A stretch of DNA of 54,087 bases from Psammoneis japonica. Lineage: Eukaryota. Position 1 is the stretch's first letter; the number at the start of each line of letters is the position of its first letter. Below the pieces are notes generated by a model. The model made no database searches. It was not told the DNA's origin and saw only the letters and a list, made by a program, of their open reading frames with translations. Positions 25,752 through 39,341 of this stretch are shown in pieces. Location: positions 1-54,087 of the forward strand of contig QPGO01000339.1 in NCBI GenBank assembly GCA_008632985.1. Direction: 5' to 3'. The translations under genes were made by a program, and so were the position numbers.

Positions 25752-28700
25752 TCAGTAGCGGTATCCCAGCCTTGCATTCTCCAATGCGTCCTGCTCCTTC
25801 TTTTGTTTCTTCATGAGCTCGCGTTTGTCTCGTATTTGTGCAGCAATCCGGGCATTGTCCTTGTCCTGCTCCTGTCTCTCATACACAACCTTGGAGGCAG
25901 GCAGGAGTAGCTTGAGAAGATGATCCACCCGTTGCCCCTCGGGTACTGTACCGAAATTCTTGACGACAAAGCGTGGATACTGTTCCATGTCCACTTCATC
26001 CAGGTCCTTAATGTTGAGTGCAGAAGAAATGTCCTTCATGGCCTCCACTTCCTCTTCATCCAAGGCATCCCATTCTTCCTTGTCATCGTCATATCTGGTA
26101 TCGGTCAAGAGTTCCTTGAGATCCAGCTTTTTCCTCCCTTTACTTCATAGTCGTCGCCCGTCATGGAAAAACGAGGAGGAAAGTGTACGTCTAGTCCTTT
26201 TGTGGGCATGCCTCTTGGTAGATTTTCGCAAATATTGGCCCAATGTCGTGGCCGTAACCCCGGTGATCGTAGCAAACAATCGAGTCGTCCTTCGCCATTG
26301 TCTTGCAATCCCACCAAATCAATACCCAACCGTCTTGCGCAAGCGTGAAGGTGCATGGTTTTCAGCTTTGTCTACAGTATTTGATGTTGTAAGAAAATGA
26401 ATGTGCGTTTCGTGAGAGAAAAGACGAAAACGACGGCGAATACCGTATGGACACGAATCAACAAACAAACTCACCTGAAGGGACGCAGGAAGCTTCCCGT
26501 GCTTTTCTTTCCAAGCATTTGTCAATTCTACAAGCTGCGCTGTACTCTCGGCAAGCCGAGCTGCAGTCTCCTCCTTCAATCGCTCCTCCTCATCGGGAAT
26601 GTAGGATTCGGGAATACGAAATGCATGGCTCACGCCATCGGGTCCTGAAACTTCAATGCTTCCTTCTCCACCGGGAAGCAAAACATTGGTACGTGGTACG
26701 AGGGGCAAGTCGAGGCCACGGAGCTGTCGGATGGACTTCTTCAGCATGCGCATGTACAAATCAAAACCGACCTTGGCGGCCATTCCACTTTGTTCCGTTC
26801 CCAAGAGACTTCCTGCACCACGAATTTCCAAATCACGGTTGGCCACATCAAATCCAGATCCAAGCTCGTGAAGTTCACCCATGGCTTGTAATCGCATAGC
26901 GGCTTGTTCTGTGACAGCCTCTTCGCGGTGTAAAAAGTATGCATACGCCTGCAAGTCAGAGCGACCCACGCGGCCCTTGAGCTGGTAGAGAGTCGACATT
27001 CCAAAGGATTGGGCATTTTGAATGATAATGGTATTGACAGCGGGGATATCCACACCATTTTCAATCACAGTTGTTGCAAGAAGCACATCATACTTGCCCT
27101 CGGCAAACAAGGCAACGTTGTCTTCGGCACCACCACGAGGCATTCTTCCGTGCGCTTGAATGATCCGAATATCTGGAAAGAGCTTTTGGATCAATGCTTC
27201 GGCATCTTCAAGCTGTGCAATCCGGGGGACAACATAGTAACACTGTCCATTTCGATCCAACTCAGTCTGAATAGCCTCCTTCACAACATCTTCATCAAAC
27301 TCCTGCACAAATGATATCGTCGGCTTTCGCATCGGTGGTGGTGATCGTATGGTCGACGTGTCTCGAATCCCACTCAACGACATTTGCAGTGTTCGTGGAA
27401 TGGGTGTAGCGGAGAGCGTCAGTACATCCACACCATTGCAAATCAGTTTGAGTCGTTCCTTTTGTTTGACTCCAAAGCGCTGTTCTTCATCCACAACAAG
27501 CAGCCCCAAATCTGCAAAGCCCGTACCCTGCGATAAGAGGGCGTGCGTACCCACAACTAACTGCACTTCACCAGAAGCAATTCTTGCACGGAGTTCTCTA
27601 CCGGCTTTTGTGTTCTTCCCCATGCCTCCTCGCAGAAGCGCAACGGTAACATTGAATTTTGTATCCGGACCCATTCGGGCCAAAGCGCTACGGTAGTGCT
27701 GCGCCGCCAGTACACCTGTAGGTGCCAAGAGTGCTCCTTGGCGACCATTAGCAACGGTCCGATACAATGCTCGCATGGCAACCTCCGTTTTACCAAAACC
27801 GACATCACCACAAATCAATCGATCCATTGGACGTGATTTCCATACCATGTCATTCTCAACATGTTCAAAGCAAGTAGCCTGATCCGGAGTCGGCTCAAAC
27901 GGAAAGGTATCCGCAAATTCTTGAATTTTCTCTTCGACCGCTGGATCAAAAGGAGATCTTTGAAGAGTTTCGCGAGTAGCGTACAAGGCCAGCACGTCTT
28001 GTGCCAGTTGCAAGGTATTCTCCTCCACCTTTTGCTTTGCTTGGCCCAAGCTTCGCCCTTGACACGCGATAGTTTGGGCTTGATGACTGCGTCACCTGCG
28101 CGATATCTCGATAAGCGGTAGGCACGGTCTACAGGAACATGAACCACAGCATCTGCATAACTAATCTCCAACACGGTTGTCTGAGGATTGGAAACAGGAT
28201 CTGTATCCTCTTCGGTCCCAAACTTTTCACGGATCGCTTGAATTTGCTTTTGCGTCACGCCTTTCTTTCCCTGAGCACGTAATTCCTTGTGAGAATTTCC
28301 TTGCGCCGCTCGTCTCTAGCTTTGATTTCCTCGGGAGTAAGATTTGTTTTTGGACGGAGGCACGTGCGTTCAAATCGTCCGATACCAAATTTTCTGTTCA
28401 AATTGAAATCTACTGTGTAAGAAAGATTGCCATACCACGCTCCGGGTTTTATACTTACAACACGCACTTACCGATGAACGACAAAGTCTCCGGAAACACT
28501 TCCAACGTCCATCCACCCGCACTGCCGACTCTTACGCCCTGTAGTGCATCGCGACTCACAATTTTCCATTCACCAATTGAGCCTCTGTTTCGGCTGCCCC
28601 AAGTTCTCCCACTCTTCTTCCAAATCCTTATCGAGACTTTTAAACCACGAAGGCTCCGTTGCACCAGCAGTGATTTTGACATTGCCATTGTCATCCCAAA

Positions 28701-29283
28701 TGCCTTCAAGATTATCCTTTGGATTCAATACTTCCAACGTGACTCCAGTGTCTTGCGCTAGCTTTGCTTTCATTTCATTTTCTAAAAAGAAGGTAACAAG
28801 GTTCAGATATTGTCGGTATTTTGCTTTGTATCGTTACCTCTCATGGCAGCTGCACTTGAAATAGTTCTTCCTACCTTTTGCGATTTCTTCTCGTTGGGCT
28901 TTTTCTACTTCTTCAATTTCTTTTTGGGACGTTGCGTTTGCATACTTGCCCCATGTCTTCCGTCTCCGTTCCTCCTTGAATTCCTTATCTTGTTCTTCCA
29001 GCAACGAATTTATTTTCTCACGACGCAATCGACGCTCCGCTGCTTCGGGATCTTCATCTTCTTCCAGCAATTCCGAGTCGGAGCCAAACACAACATCAAT
29101 GTCGGCTCGCTGTGGGTGGCTTGCGTAGCAGGCTGTTAGTGGCAATGATGGCTTGTATATTCGAGTCTGTTGAAATTGTATTACTCTCTTGTTGTTGGAT
29201 GAGATCGAAAAGCCACGTGTGATGCCAATCAACACGGAGCAACTCAACAAGAAAACCGTCACAAAGCTTCGATTTCTGGGCAT
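25752..29283 (-). CDS. mfd: Transcription-repair coupling factor Mfd (bacterial-type, plastid-targeted); several 1-bp frame breaks in the 5' half
   Basis: FPFEPTPDQ, MDRLICGDVGFGKTEVA, VVDEEQRFGV, LSATPIPRTL, ATTVIENGVDIP, QLKGRVGRS, DLEIRGAGSLLGTEQSG. CarD/RID-like YADAVVHVPV..LSRY. Signal peptide ends TRG-F. Frame shifts near 28045, 28290 and further upstream. Confidence 0.9.
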
Positions 29284-30093
29284 ATTATTAGATGAATAAA
29301 ACGAATTCGCAGACGGTATTTTTGTCGAGTTGTTTCGGACAATCGATTTGAAAGGTTAACCGCCTTTTTCACCTCCAAGCATCAGAAGCCCAGTGATGTG
29401 CTGTCGCTTTGTTTATGGTGTTGTTGCCCATGTTGAAGTGGTGGCTGTGGCTGTGGTGCGTGCGAGGTCTGCCGATCGAAGCGAGAGTCTGCCACATGAA
29501 AGGCCTTGCGTCGCTTGTGCATGTGGTCGGCACCCCTCGAGAAGGAAAACACAGCCAAACACACATCCATCGTACATACACTGTCGTACGAATCGTACGC
29601 AACGGACCTAATGACATTTTGGTGGCACGTGCATATGATAGTGATTACAAATTCAACGGAAACAATATGAAAATTTGGTGTTGGCATGCTCGTTTGTATT
29701 GTAGCAAAAGAAAAACGACAAATAATATGATATTCATCAATTAGGCATTTTATGTAGAGCGCATTCCCATTTCACACATGCATGTAGAATTATACTGCGC
29801 TCTACAGAACCCACATGCATCGGCATGTTTTGGCCCACGAGATTTTTCAAAAAAATCCGAGGAAACGAGGAGCCGAGAGCGAGAGGCGCTATTACAACCG
29901 TCAGGATGCCACATGTAAATCATTTTTTTTCTTCAAATCCAGTGCTCAGTCACGTTGCTAGCAACGTTGCGTTTCATATGTTTCATTGGCTCACTTGTCG
30001 CATTGGATTTTTCCCGGCTTTGCAAAAGATTTGATCGTCCCTACTCTCAAAACTCATAAAGATCGCAAAAGCCCGAAGAACCGCAAGCACGTC

Positions 30094-31432
30094 ATGATGA
30101 AACGACTTCATCTCATTTCGATTCTCGGTGTGTATTCTTGCGGATGCATGGCTCAAGAGCTTGAAGCGCTGACAGTGTTTTACGAATCGTGTAACGGACC
30201 CAACTGGAACGAGAATCTCAACTGGCTCTCGAACGAGACTGTGTGTGAATGGCAAGGCATTACGTGTAACGAAAACGGCACGATCAAGAAAGTTGATCTG
30301 CAACAGAACAATGTTGTATGTGATAGTATTCCCGCTGAGTTATTCGAGTTGGCTGTGTCGCCCGGGACGCTGAAAGTCGTGTCTCTGCAAGGAAACCAGG
30401 CCTTAATGTCGATTTCACAACCATGACGACCGGTCAACGAGTTCGTTTGGAAAAGTTCTACATGCAAGACACGGGTCTCTCTTCACTTGAAAACATGAAC
30501 AATATCTTGTCGACCAATGAACTTACCGAATTCAGTGCGGCTGGCAATGGTTTGGGGGGGAGTTTCCGACTGACCTCTTGGCCTTTACAAACTTGCAACA
30601 CTTGGACGTGTCGGACAACGACTACACGGCATGATTCCTGAAGACGTGGGAGCATATTGGTCGCAACTCAAATCTTGGTCCATGGCACGCAATCTCTTAG
30701 TGGGACCCATGCCAGATTCGATTGGTTTCATGTCGGACTTGTCACTCTTGTTTCTTCAAGACAATCTCATGACGGGAAACATCACGACGCAACTCGGAGA
30801 GTTGCAGAGTTTGACAACGCTGTTTCTCAACGACCAAAGCTTGGCGGTCCACTCTTGGATTTTTCAACCAATCCAGCCTTGCTGATTCTAAATCTTGCCA
30901 ACAATGATTTGGTTGGAGAAGTTCCTTCCACGTTTTTAGAAACAGTCCCTCCTTCGTTTTCTCATGTCATGATGATGACGTACGAAACAACGCCTTGGAC
31001 GGGCGCCTGGGCAGTGAGTTGGCGAGATTTCCAATCTTAAACTTTCATGTCAGTGGAAACCAAATCCAAGACTTGGATGCCGGACTATGCGACGGTGCTC
31101 TTGATTGGTATTCTGGTGCCGTACAGGCGTTTGGCTGTGATGCAATTCTTTGTCCGCCCCAAACCTTCAATTCCTTGGGTAGACAGGCGACCATACACTT
31201 TCCTTGCGACGCCTGTCCCGAAGGAACATTTTCACAGTTCTATGGAAGCTCAACTTGTATTGCATCCGCAGCGAACAGTACCACGGAAGTCATAGCGTTG
31301 GATGGGGGACTCACCTTAACATTGGCAAGTCCCCGTAAAATACAGCGCCACCACCGTCAACGTTGGGAGGTCCTCCAAGGGAAGACATGGCACCGCCTAC
31401 CCCTCCTGCTCGACATGAAGATTCAATCCTAG
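30094..31432 (+). pseudogene. Secreted leucine-rich-repeat receptor-like protein, multiply frameshifted
   Basis: Signal peptide; LRR N-cap ALTVFYESCNGPNW..NWLS..CEWQGITC; plant-type LRRs (LxLxxNxLxGxIP) spread over several frames; C-cap GCDAILCP..FNSLGRQ..PCDACP. Confidence 0.75.
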
Positions 31433-31748
31433 ACAATGATGTTGCAAGTGAGCCATGGGTGTCTTTTCTCCGAGGAGGATCGCGCCACAACTAAGCCCTT
31501 CAAGCATTTCCGACTCCTCTCTAGACAACGTCAATGAGCAGCCTATTTATATTTTATAAAACAGTGGGTTGTATTGTTGTAATCACATGTCTGTTTAGCG
31601 GTCACGATTTCTACTATATCGAGCATTCGTATGTTGCAGTAGTAAGAATTGTTGTTGTGGTCTGTGGATATTACTTATTTATGAACGACTGTGGCACTTT
31701 GCGTACATGTGTTATGAATCAATATTGTGGATATGGCTCGTTCGAGTC

Positions 31749-32488
31749 CTAAGTCTCCCATCCTTGCCACATTTCTGCTTCTAGCAAGGTTTCAAAAGGA
31801 GGAGGAAACACGGGTTCAGACCCAAAGCCCCGCACGAAAGCTCCCCACTTGGTTGAATAAGTGTCTCCAGCGCCCGCTGCAAACCCTGACCAGTACGGGC
31901 CCTCATTTAGACATTGAGGTAGTCCGCCCTGTCCCTCGACGAGACAATGGCCTAGTACTCGCATCGCGGAGAGGTCTCCAAAACATGCCGCACGCTTGAA
32001 GTAATCGTAAAGCTCCCGATTCAGAATCTCCAACCTTGTGTAGGGACCAAAACTGCTTCTTTCTCTTCACCATGCATCTCTATGACCGCGTACCGCTTAG
32101 GTAAGTCTTTCGGCGTTTGCAATCCAACCGATAGAAAGGCTCGAGAAGCCGTGTTGCAATCATCCCCGAACGGTTTCGCGACTGAGCCTGTTCGACCGTC
32201 GTTCTCGCCCCCATGGATGCGAACTGACGTTCCTGTGGGGATGTTCGCAGGGATCCTCTCGAAAATGTAATGAGCGTCCCATTGCTGAAGCTTCTCGTCT
32301 ACCAACTTCTTCATGTCTCGACAGGTGGATGCCAACTGAACGAGTTCAAAGAGCGTCAGATACTCGTCGACGATGCCGACCATGATTTCGACCGGAACAT
32401 CGTTTGTGATAGCCGTCATGGCTCCAAGCTTTGTCGAATCTAGGCCTCTGATGGTGCTTGAGCGGTCTGTTCCGGCAGAACCGCTCAT
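31749..32488 (-). pseudogene. F-box-like N-terminal domain plus Sel1-like repeat protein, frameshifted near 32035
   Basis: DVPVEIMVGIVDEYLTLFELVQLASTCRDMK resembles an F-box. The downstream frame YFKRAACFGDLSAMRVLGHCLVEGQGG resembles a Sel1 repeat. Confidence 0.5.
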
Positions 32489-33956
32489 TGTTTGATGGGT
32501 TTTCTTCCTTCGGAATGCTGATGGTTGATGGGTGATGGGTGTGTGTGACACATCTGTCGTTGGCAGATGATTTTCAAAACGAACACACGAAAAGATATAT
32601 TGATTTTTATTCATATCTGAAGCGTTTAATAATTCTTTTCTATCGGCCTTGAAGCACGAAGATAGAGGGGGTAGCCGTTTGTGTCCTTATCCGAAGATTC
32701 CATCTGACTGGGTGTGTGCGCACCGCTGCGGTTCTCCGCATTGTCCTTGTTGGTGTCTACGATGCCATGTCCTCATCCCATCTAATCTTCCTTGTTGTTT
32801 TGAGTCCATGAGAGCCACACCAAACATGCTCAGAACCATTACATTGCACGTTTTTCTTGTTCCCTCTTTTGGAAGGTGCAATGGCATGCCAGCTCTTCCA
32901 CCCACAGAGACACAGAGAAGCCACCCTGATTGAACAAAATCATGCCCCCCCAACAACAACGGCGGCAGAGCTTGCCAGCTCTTGTCAAATCCAGCGCACA
33001 GCAGGCTGAGACTTTCCAATGCAACAGAATCATTTCAAGCATTTGTTGGGACAGGTGACAATGACGTTGACAAGATTGGTGTCATGCACGCGCGGCTTCA
33101 GCAAGCAACGGCGGTGTGTGCGGTGAGCAAGAAACCTCTCTCCATGAGATGGCTGTCGCTCTCAGCAAAAAGTCAAAGGGGAGAACCACAGCAGTGGCAT
33201 TGACATCTGCTGGGAGTTGTGTGAGACACAGCTCAGGGCATGTGCACAGGCAGTGATGTGCTGCATCACAACACTGCAATGCACCGGCCTTGAAAGCTGA
33301 CAAAAATGACAGCCAAAGCTTGCAGCACCAAGGCGAGGGCCAAGATGGCATCAAACAACAAGGCAAGGCAAGCTCCATGAGAGCAAACAAAGCAGCTGCT
33401 TCATCAGAGGCCGCAACACAGTGTTGTTCACTTTCCTTTGGAAAATTTGGAACATTCACTTTGACAATTGTGTGCAAAAATTAGCGATGGTTCATTTGTT
33501 TTTTGATGGTCAATTTACATTTGTTGTCACCGTTTTATGTTGGCAATTGTTGCCGTTTTATTTTGCTTTTAAGTCACCAAAGAATTTCAACAAGCCCTTC
33601 ATTGTTGAACAACGCTTTTTGTTTTGATTAATTTTTCACATGTTTGTGGAATCGTCAACTTTGACAGTGCTTTTCAACAGCTTCACCGCAGCCTTGCGTC
33701 ACCACAGACAATGGTGTTTCTCCCTCGCCCCAGTCGGCCACGCAATTACCCAGAGGAACACTGTCTCATCATTTCCACCTGCACGCTCCAGTTGTCCAGT
33801 CAATGGGCCCCCACCTGCATTTTGGCACCTTTTCTACATGCGCAGTTCTCTGCCCATTTCACAACAGCACGCCCTCTCCCCAAAATGCTTTTGACGAGAG
33901 GGTGTGCTGTTGTGAATCCTGTGCATTCTACGTGAATCGGCAACTGACTGTTGGCC

Positions 33957-36900
33957 ATGGCGTCTGACGACTTTACCCCGTCTGACGACGAGGTCGACCC
34001 TGACCCTTCTTTCCAAATTACCGAGGACTTAAATTTTGATGAAACAGAACATTTCACCAACGGTTTGGGATTCGAATTGTTCCAACCCAAGCTCAAAAGC
34101 ACAATTGCAACGCGTGCCTCGAAAAAGAAGTTTTTGGAGTCGACGAATTGGACCCCCTCTCCAGAATTCCTCGCTCTTCCCTTCCTTTGTCACAAGCCGA
34201 AGTTGCGCCGTGTTCCTCATGTTGCCGAAGTTATCCGCACCAACACATTGTAAGGAAAACCCTTGGCTATCCCGACATTTGGTCCTGCATCATGACTCGT
34301 GGTTGGTCCATTGAGAAATCCCGCCGTGCGAAAGGCGAATGTGTCCTGTGACACAAAAATCTCAAGGAGGCTCTGCATTTCTCCAAAATGTCCGGAGAGA
34401 CAGAAAAAGAACAGCACAACCGTGTGCTTCTTCACCACAACATCCAGGCGATGGTAGAATTTGTTTGTACGATCATTGCCGGAGACAACCTGAACGATCC
34501 TTTATCCGGCAAGCCTTGTTTCCAATTTTTGCGGTGCAAAAGTCTCCAAAGTTTGATCAACGATCGAGCCCAAGACCTCCACAGTGCCTTTTTGTCACTG
34601 ACATCGTCATGCGTTACGTTCAGTGCAAGCCCAAGGACATGGACCATTGGTTCTTGAAGATTTTCCGTCACGTCAAAACCCAAAAGGAATGGCGCCTCTT
34701 TGTCAACAGCTTTCTGGTTGTGTGCGACACTGACGATCCTGGTGCCCAGGCGGATGAGATCAAGGGGTTCCTTGACGACTCAACCGGTGACACAAAGAAC
34801 ACGGTGACAATGCAAGGCGATTCCCTTGCACGCCGTGAGGCTCATGAAGAAAAAATCAATTCCATGTTGAATCACGAATTTGGGAAGCGTTGTCCCAAGG
34901 AGCAAATTGGCATCCGACCTGGGTGCAGCAAGCAGCTCACAATGCTCCGTTGCAGAATGCGTGATCAGAGGGCCGACTGCTTGGAAGACGACAACAAACG
35001 AATCTACAACTCTAAAACCAAACGCAAAATTGGGAGGACCCGCAAGGATGGCACCTGTTTGTACGATGGTGAGAACCCCCCCCACCTCCCGCCTTCTACC
35101 TTTCTGCCTGCATCTGTCGTCTCAATGTCTCTTCTCACACCCCATGATTGTTCACGACCCACCAGAGCCTTCCTTGACCGTTCCCAACAAGAAGGCCAAG
35201 CCTGCATCTGCAAAAACAAGCCCCTCCATCGCTTTCTGGCAATGTTCCGTCGTCTAGGGAGGCGCACCGGACTCTCACCGCCGACCTTCCGTCACTCTCA
35301 GAAATCATGGAAAACCTAAAACCCACTTCTACCTCCAAAGGTCCTTCGTCCAAACCTCATTCCTCTCCTCCTTCTGTTTCAGCTAATCCTCCCGCGGTTA
35401 CGTCTCCTCCTGGTGACCCCAACGACATGTCGTGGCTGGACCTGTCCACACTCCGCGATCGCTTTGACCCGTCCAAGTGTCGACCCGTCACCACCGAGGA
35501 AGTTTCTTCTCATTTGTCACACCTGCACATCATTGACAAAGCCACCGACACTGATCGGGTGCTTCATCATTCTGCCGCCGACTTTTGCCTGGCGGACAAC
35601 TTGCGGGAAAACTGGCACACGTTCTCAAACAATGCGCCATTGTGTGATTCCGCCACCGCATCTCGTGTTCGAACCGAGCACCCTCCTGACCTCGATCACT
35701 TCTCCGAGGAACTCTCCGTCGCCCGTCAGGCTAACTCTCTGTACAAGGGGCACTTCGGGTGCCTTTGTGCATGCATTCCCACCCTTCTTCCATTTATTTT
35801 GTTGAAGGGAGAGTCCGATTTGACACGTGACGGACCGGTTGCAGTTCAAAACGGCGAAGCACGCAGGACAAAGTTCGGTTGTGCTGGGAGAGCGCATCAC
35901 CCCAAGATGCCTGGTTCTGCCAAACTGGCTAAACCAAAGGCTGCTTACGGACTTGATGTCTTTGAGTTTGATGATAACTTTGACGCCAACGAGACCTCCA
36001 AAATCAAGGCGATGGCAGCCGACATCCTTGACTCGATTCAGCTTTGCGAAAATGAGGTAGAGCTGAAAAAACTGAGCAATCCACCACCATTTAACTGGTC
36101 ACTTCGGTGCGAGGAATGCTCGCAAAAGTTGGGCAACGAAATGGGCTGTCTCTTCTTCAAACGTGAGGACGTCACCATGCAGGGATTGTGCATTTCCCGG
36201 GGTCAAGTCTGTGATGGTCACTGTGACAATAAAAACTGCACCTGGCGTCGATGCAGGAAGACAGCTGCCGGTTGCTTCTTTGTTGTGGATGCCTTTGGCG
36301 ACATCTGGTCCTTCAAGGTTGTTGCCAACAGCAGAAGGACCATTGGTGAATGCTGCGACGACCAGTGCGACATGAAGCCTGTGCTTGCTCGCATGCACCA
36401 CAATCGAGCTCAGCTTGATTTTGCACTTAAAGACTTGGACTTGCAGCACGATGGTCCCACCCACCCCGATGTGTCGCTTTCCAGCATTACATTCAAGCAT
36501 CTTTCCCTTGACGACAACAGGCCGTGGGACAATGTTCTTGTTGGTGGAGGTGGCGACTCTTCACATGTCGAGGTGTGCATGGATCGACTCAAGTTCCCGA
36601 CTTTCCCAGTCAGGGACTTCCACTCATCTGCCCCAGTCACAGTGATCTGCCGTTTCAAGAACATTGTGTGCCGATCGGGTCCCAACCCAAAACGAGTCAT
36701 TCATTTGGCGATCCATGCTGGTTGTCCCACCGGATGTCACCGATTTTACTGCGTGGGGGACAAGTGTCTTCCCAACCTTTGTTGCGAAGGTGCTGACCCA
36801 TTTGTCAACTTTGCCGATTGCTTGCAGAACACATTTGGGGTGCTGTGCGGTGACCCACAGGTGGGTGGGATCAGCCCTGCCAATTTGACGTACAAAGAAA

Positions 36901-38920
36901 TTTTGCGATGTATTTCTAGACCCTTGTTGCGTCGGAACCGCGAATGACCCAATTGACGCAATGGTGGAAGAAATCTATGCTGCACTTCTCTGGATAAACA
37001 ACAATGTTGACACCAACGAGTTCTGTCCCAACTTAATGGAACAATGGTGCAAGGCAGCGTGTGATGCTTGGGCAGACCGGGGAGCAGATTTCAGTGAGAT
37101 TCGTCTCATGTTGGTGCTGCAATGTCTGGTGCTGGCAGGTGTCGCAGTGAAAGACCATCCAAGACTCAATGACATTGTCTGTCCTGTCTTCAATTCGGGA
37201 GCTGCCGCACAACTGGGGCACATTCAACCGGAAGAAAGGCCGCTCATGCACCAAAGGACATCATCCGAAACAGGAACCGAAGAGCACGGTTGGAACGGAA
37301 CCGAGCACAAACTTTGTGAGAATTCAGACAATCGCTGCACCCACACATTTTTGATTGTGTTTTCCGAGGACCCTGTTCAGGACAAGACCTGTTTACCTTC
37401 TCTCCCTCTGGGCAGCGTCTCCACAAGCCACATGGGCCAACCGAGTGTGAAATTTTGGAGTGTGTTGACGACGACCCCAACCTTTGCCAATCACAAGACA
37501 ATGCTGAATCGCGCACATTTGTGTGTGAATCAGCCATGCAATCAGACGGCACCAGTGTTTTCTCTGCTGTTGATGGACTGCCCGCGGACAATGAACTTAG
37601 CTCATTGTCATCAGAGGAGTCTAGACTTGCCGCAAACAATGAACTTAGCTCATTGTCTTTGGAGGATTGTCGATTTGACGCGGAGAAAGAACCAAGTTCA
37701 TTGGATTCGGAGGAGTCTCGACTTGCCGCAGACAATGAACTCAGCTCATTGTCTTTTGAGGAGTCTGTGTTGTCGGAGGACTGCTCGTGTCCTGATTCTG
37801 ACTGCCGCGTTCCAATTGTCACGGCAGATTCTGTTGTCCTTCAGTCGCAGGATCAAGAATCCGATGAAGATGATGCAAGTGACGCAACCGCGTGCGATCG
37901 ACCCAAGCCACCGGTCCTTTTACAAGCACAAGATTTTGACATGGACAAACATGTGAATGCTGTTTTTGAGCAGGTCTGTCAACAGCCGAAGAACTCCTGC
38001 AATTGTTTGGTGTCATGTTTTTCACAAATCTCAACCCGCAACATGACTCCTCCTGTGCTTTTGTTTCACATCATCATGTCATCCCCAGACAAGACGGAGG
38101 TGCAAATGTCCTGTGGCTTTGCATGACGAGGCCCGTCATGGCCGGAAACCTGACGTTGGATGAGACATGTTCGGACCGTGGTGTGGAGGCCATCTGATCC
38201 ACTCAGCAAAGAAGAGATGAGGCAAGGTGTCAAGTCGTTCAGGATCTCCACACGAACTCAAATGTTCGTGCATGCACTGTGTCCCCACAGGATGGTGGCC
38301 CCGCTTGTCACTTGAATTGCAACACATCCGCCAAGAATTTTGCCCAAAGGGTCAAGACGCGGTTTGGAACAGTGATTGATTTTAAGAAAAGTGGCTTTGT
38401 TCAGATCTGCATGGACCACCACTGGATGCAAAAAGGGGAGTGGCTGCAGTCGACACTCGGAAATCGCTTCTTTGGCGAAAACCCAAGGGATGTGATGGAA
38501 ACGTTGTTTCATCCAAAGCTCCAGAGGTGCCGCATCACAATCCCATGCACCATTTGGTCACTGGCCCAAACCGTGTGCAATTTGGACAACATTTTGGAAT
38601 GCGCACTGGTGCAGGCCATGACACAGGACATGGCATGTGAAGTGGTGACGCTCCACCAGGCTTCCCAGGAGATTGTGGAGGAGCACTGTGTGGATTGGCT
38701 GGGGAAACCATCTGACCAGGAAGCATTGCATTTGGGAGTCACGGAACAGGAAATTCGGGAAATGCTGCCACATGAAGAAGCCAATTCAGTCCCAGAGTTC
38801 CCACGAGAGTGTGGAAATTACAACCCGAAGGAACTGTTCCCGCTCCTGTCCTTCGAGAGGAGAATTCCCGATTTCAGGGATGAGTCAAGGAAATGGCTCA
38901 GGAGTTGTTTGCCACACTAG
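33957..38920 (+). pseudogene. Long disrupted ORF(s) of unknown function inside the TpA-depleted block
   Basis: Chain of same-strand, protein-like ORF pieces from ATG 33957 (MASDDFTPSDD) through 35307-36947 (546 aa, 4 Tyr), 36961-37956, 37455-38126 and 38279-38920, broken by frameshifts and TGA stops. Confidence 0.5.
37587..37766 (+). repeat. 48-bp tandem repeat, ~3.7 copies (DNELSSLSxEESRLAA)
   Basis: Units start at 37587, 37635, 37683 and 37731, e.g. gacaatgaacttagctcattgtcatcagaggagtctagacttgccgca. Confidence 0.9.
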
Positions 38921-39341
38921 TTCCCAGTCGGATTTGTGAGCAGATTGTTGAAGCAGGTGAGTGAACGTTGTCTCTGTTGTCCTTGTCGTCCCAATTAAGT
39001 TTTCTGCTGCTGTTGTTGGATGCTCACATGCTTTTCACCTGCTTTTGTGAAACAGCTCTCCCCATGTGTTTCTACGGTCTTGAACTGCCCAAACATGCTT
39101 TGTCCCATCATGTGTCTCAGCAATGATGTTTCACAATGATGTTTTGAACAAAATGCTTTTGCAAGCAATTTACACTGTGGAAGTGGATTTCGAAATTGCA
39201 GCAAAAGAGAGGTTTGAACTGGAATTCGCAATGATTCAAAATTTTCACAAGATCACAAGGAGTGGTAAAATGGACAAATCATGTGTGCATTGAAAGATTT
39301 GGCCAATTCTCAATTATGTTGCATTTGAGAAAAAGGAACCA

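Noticed and set aside
37587..37766. CRISPR-like array
   Set aside because: Contiguous in-frame 48-bp units with no unique spacers, in a eukaryotic context with no cas genes.
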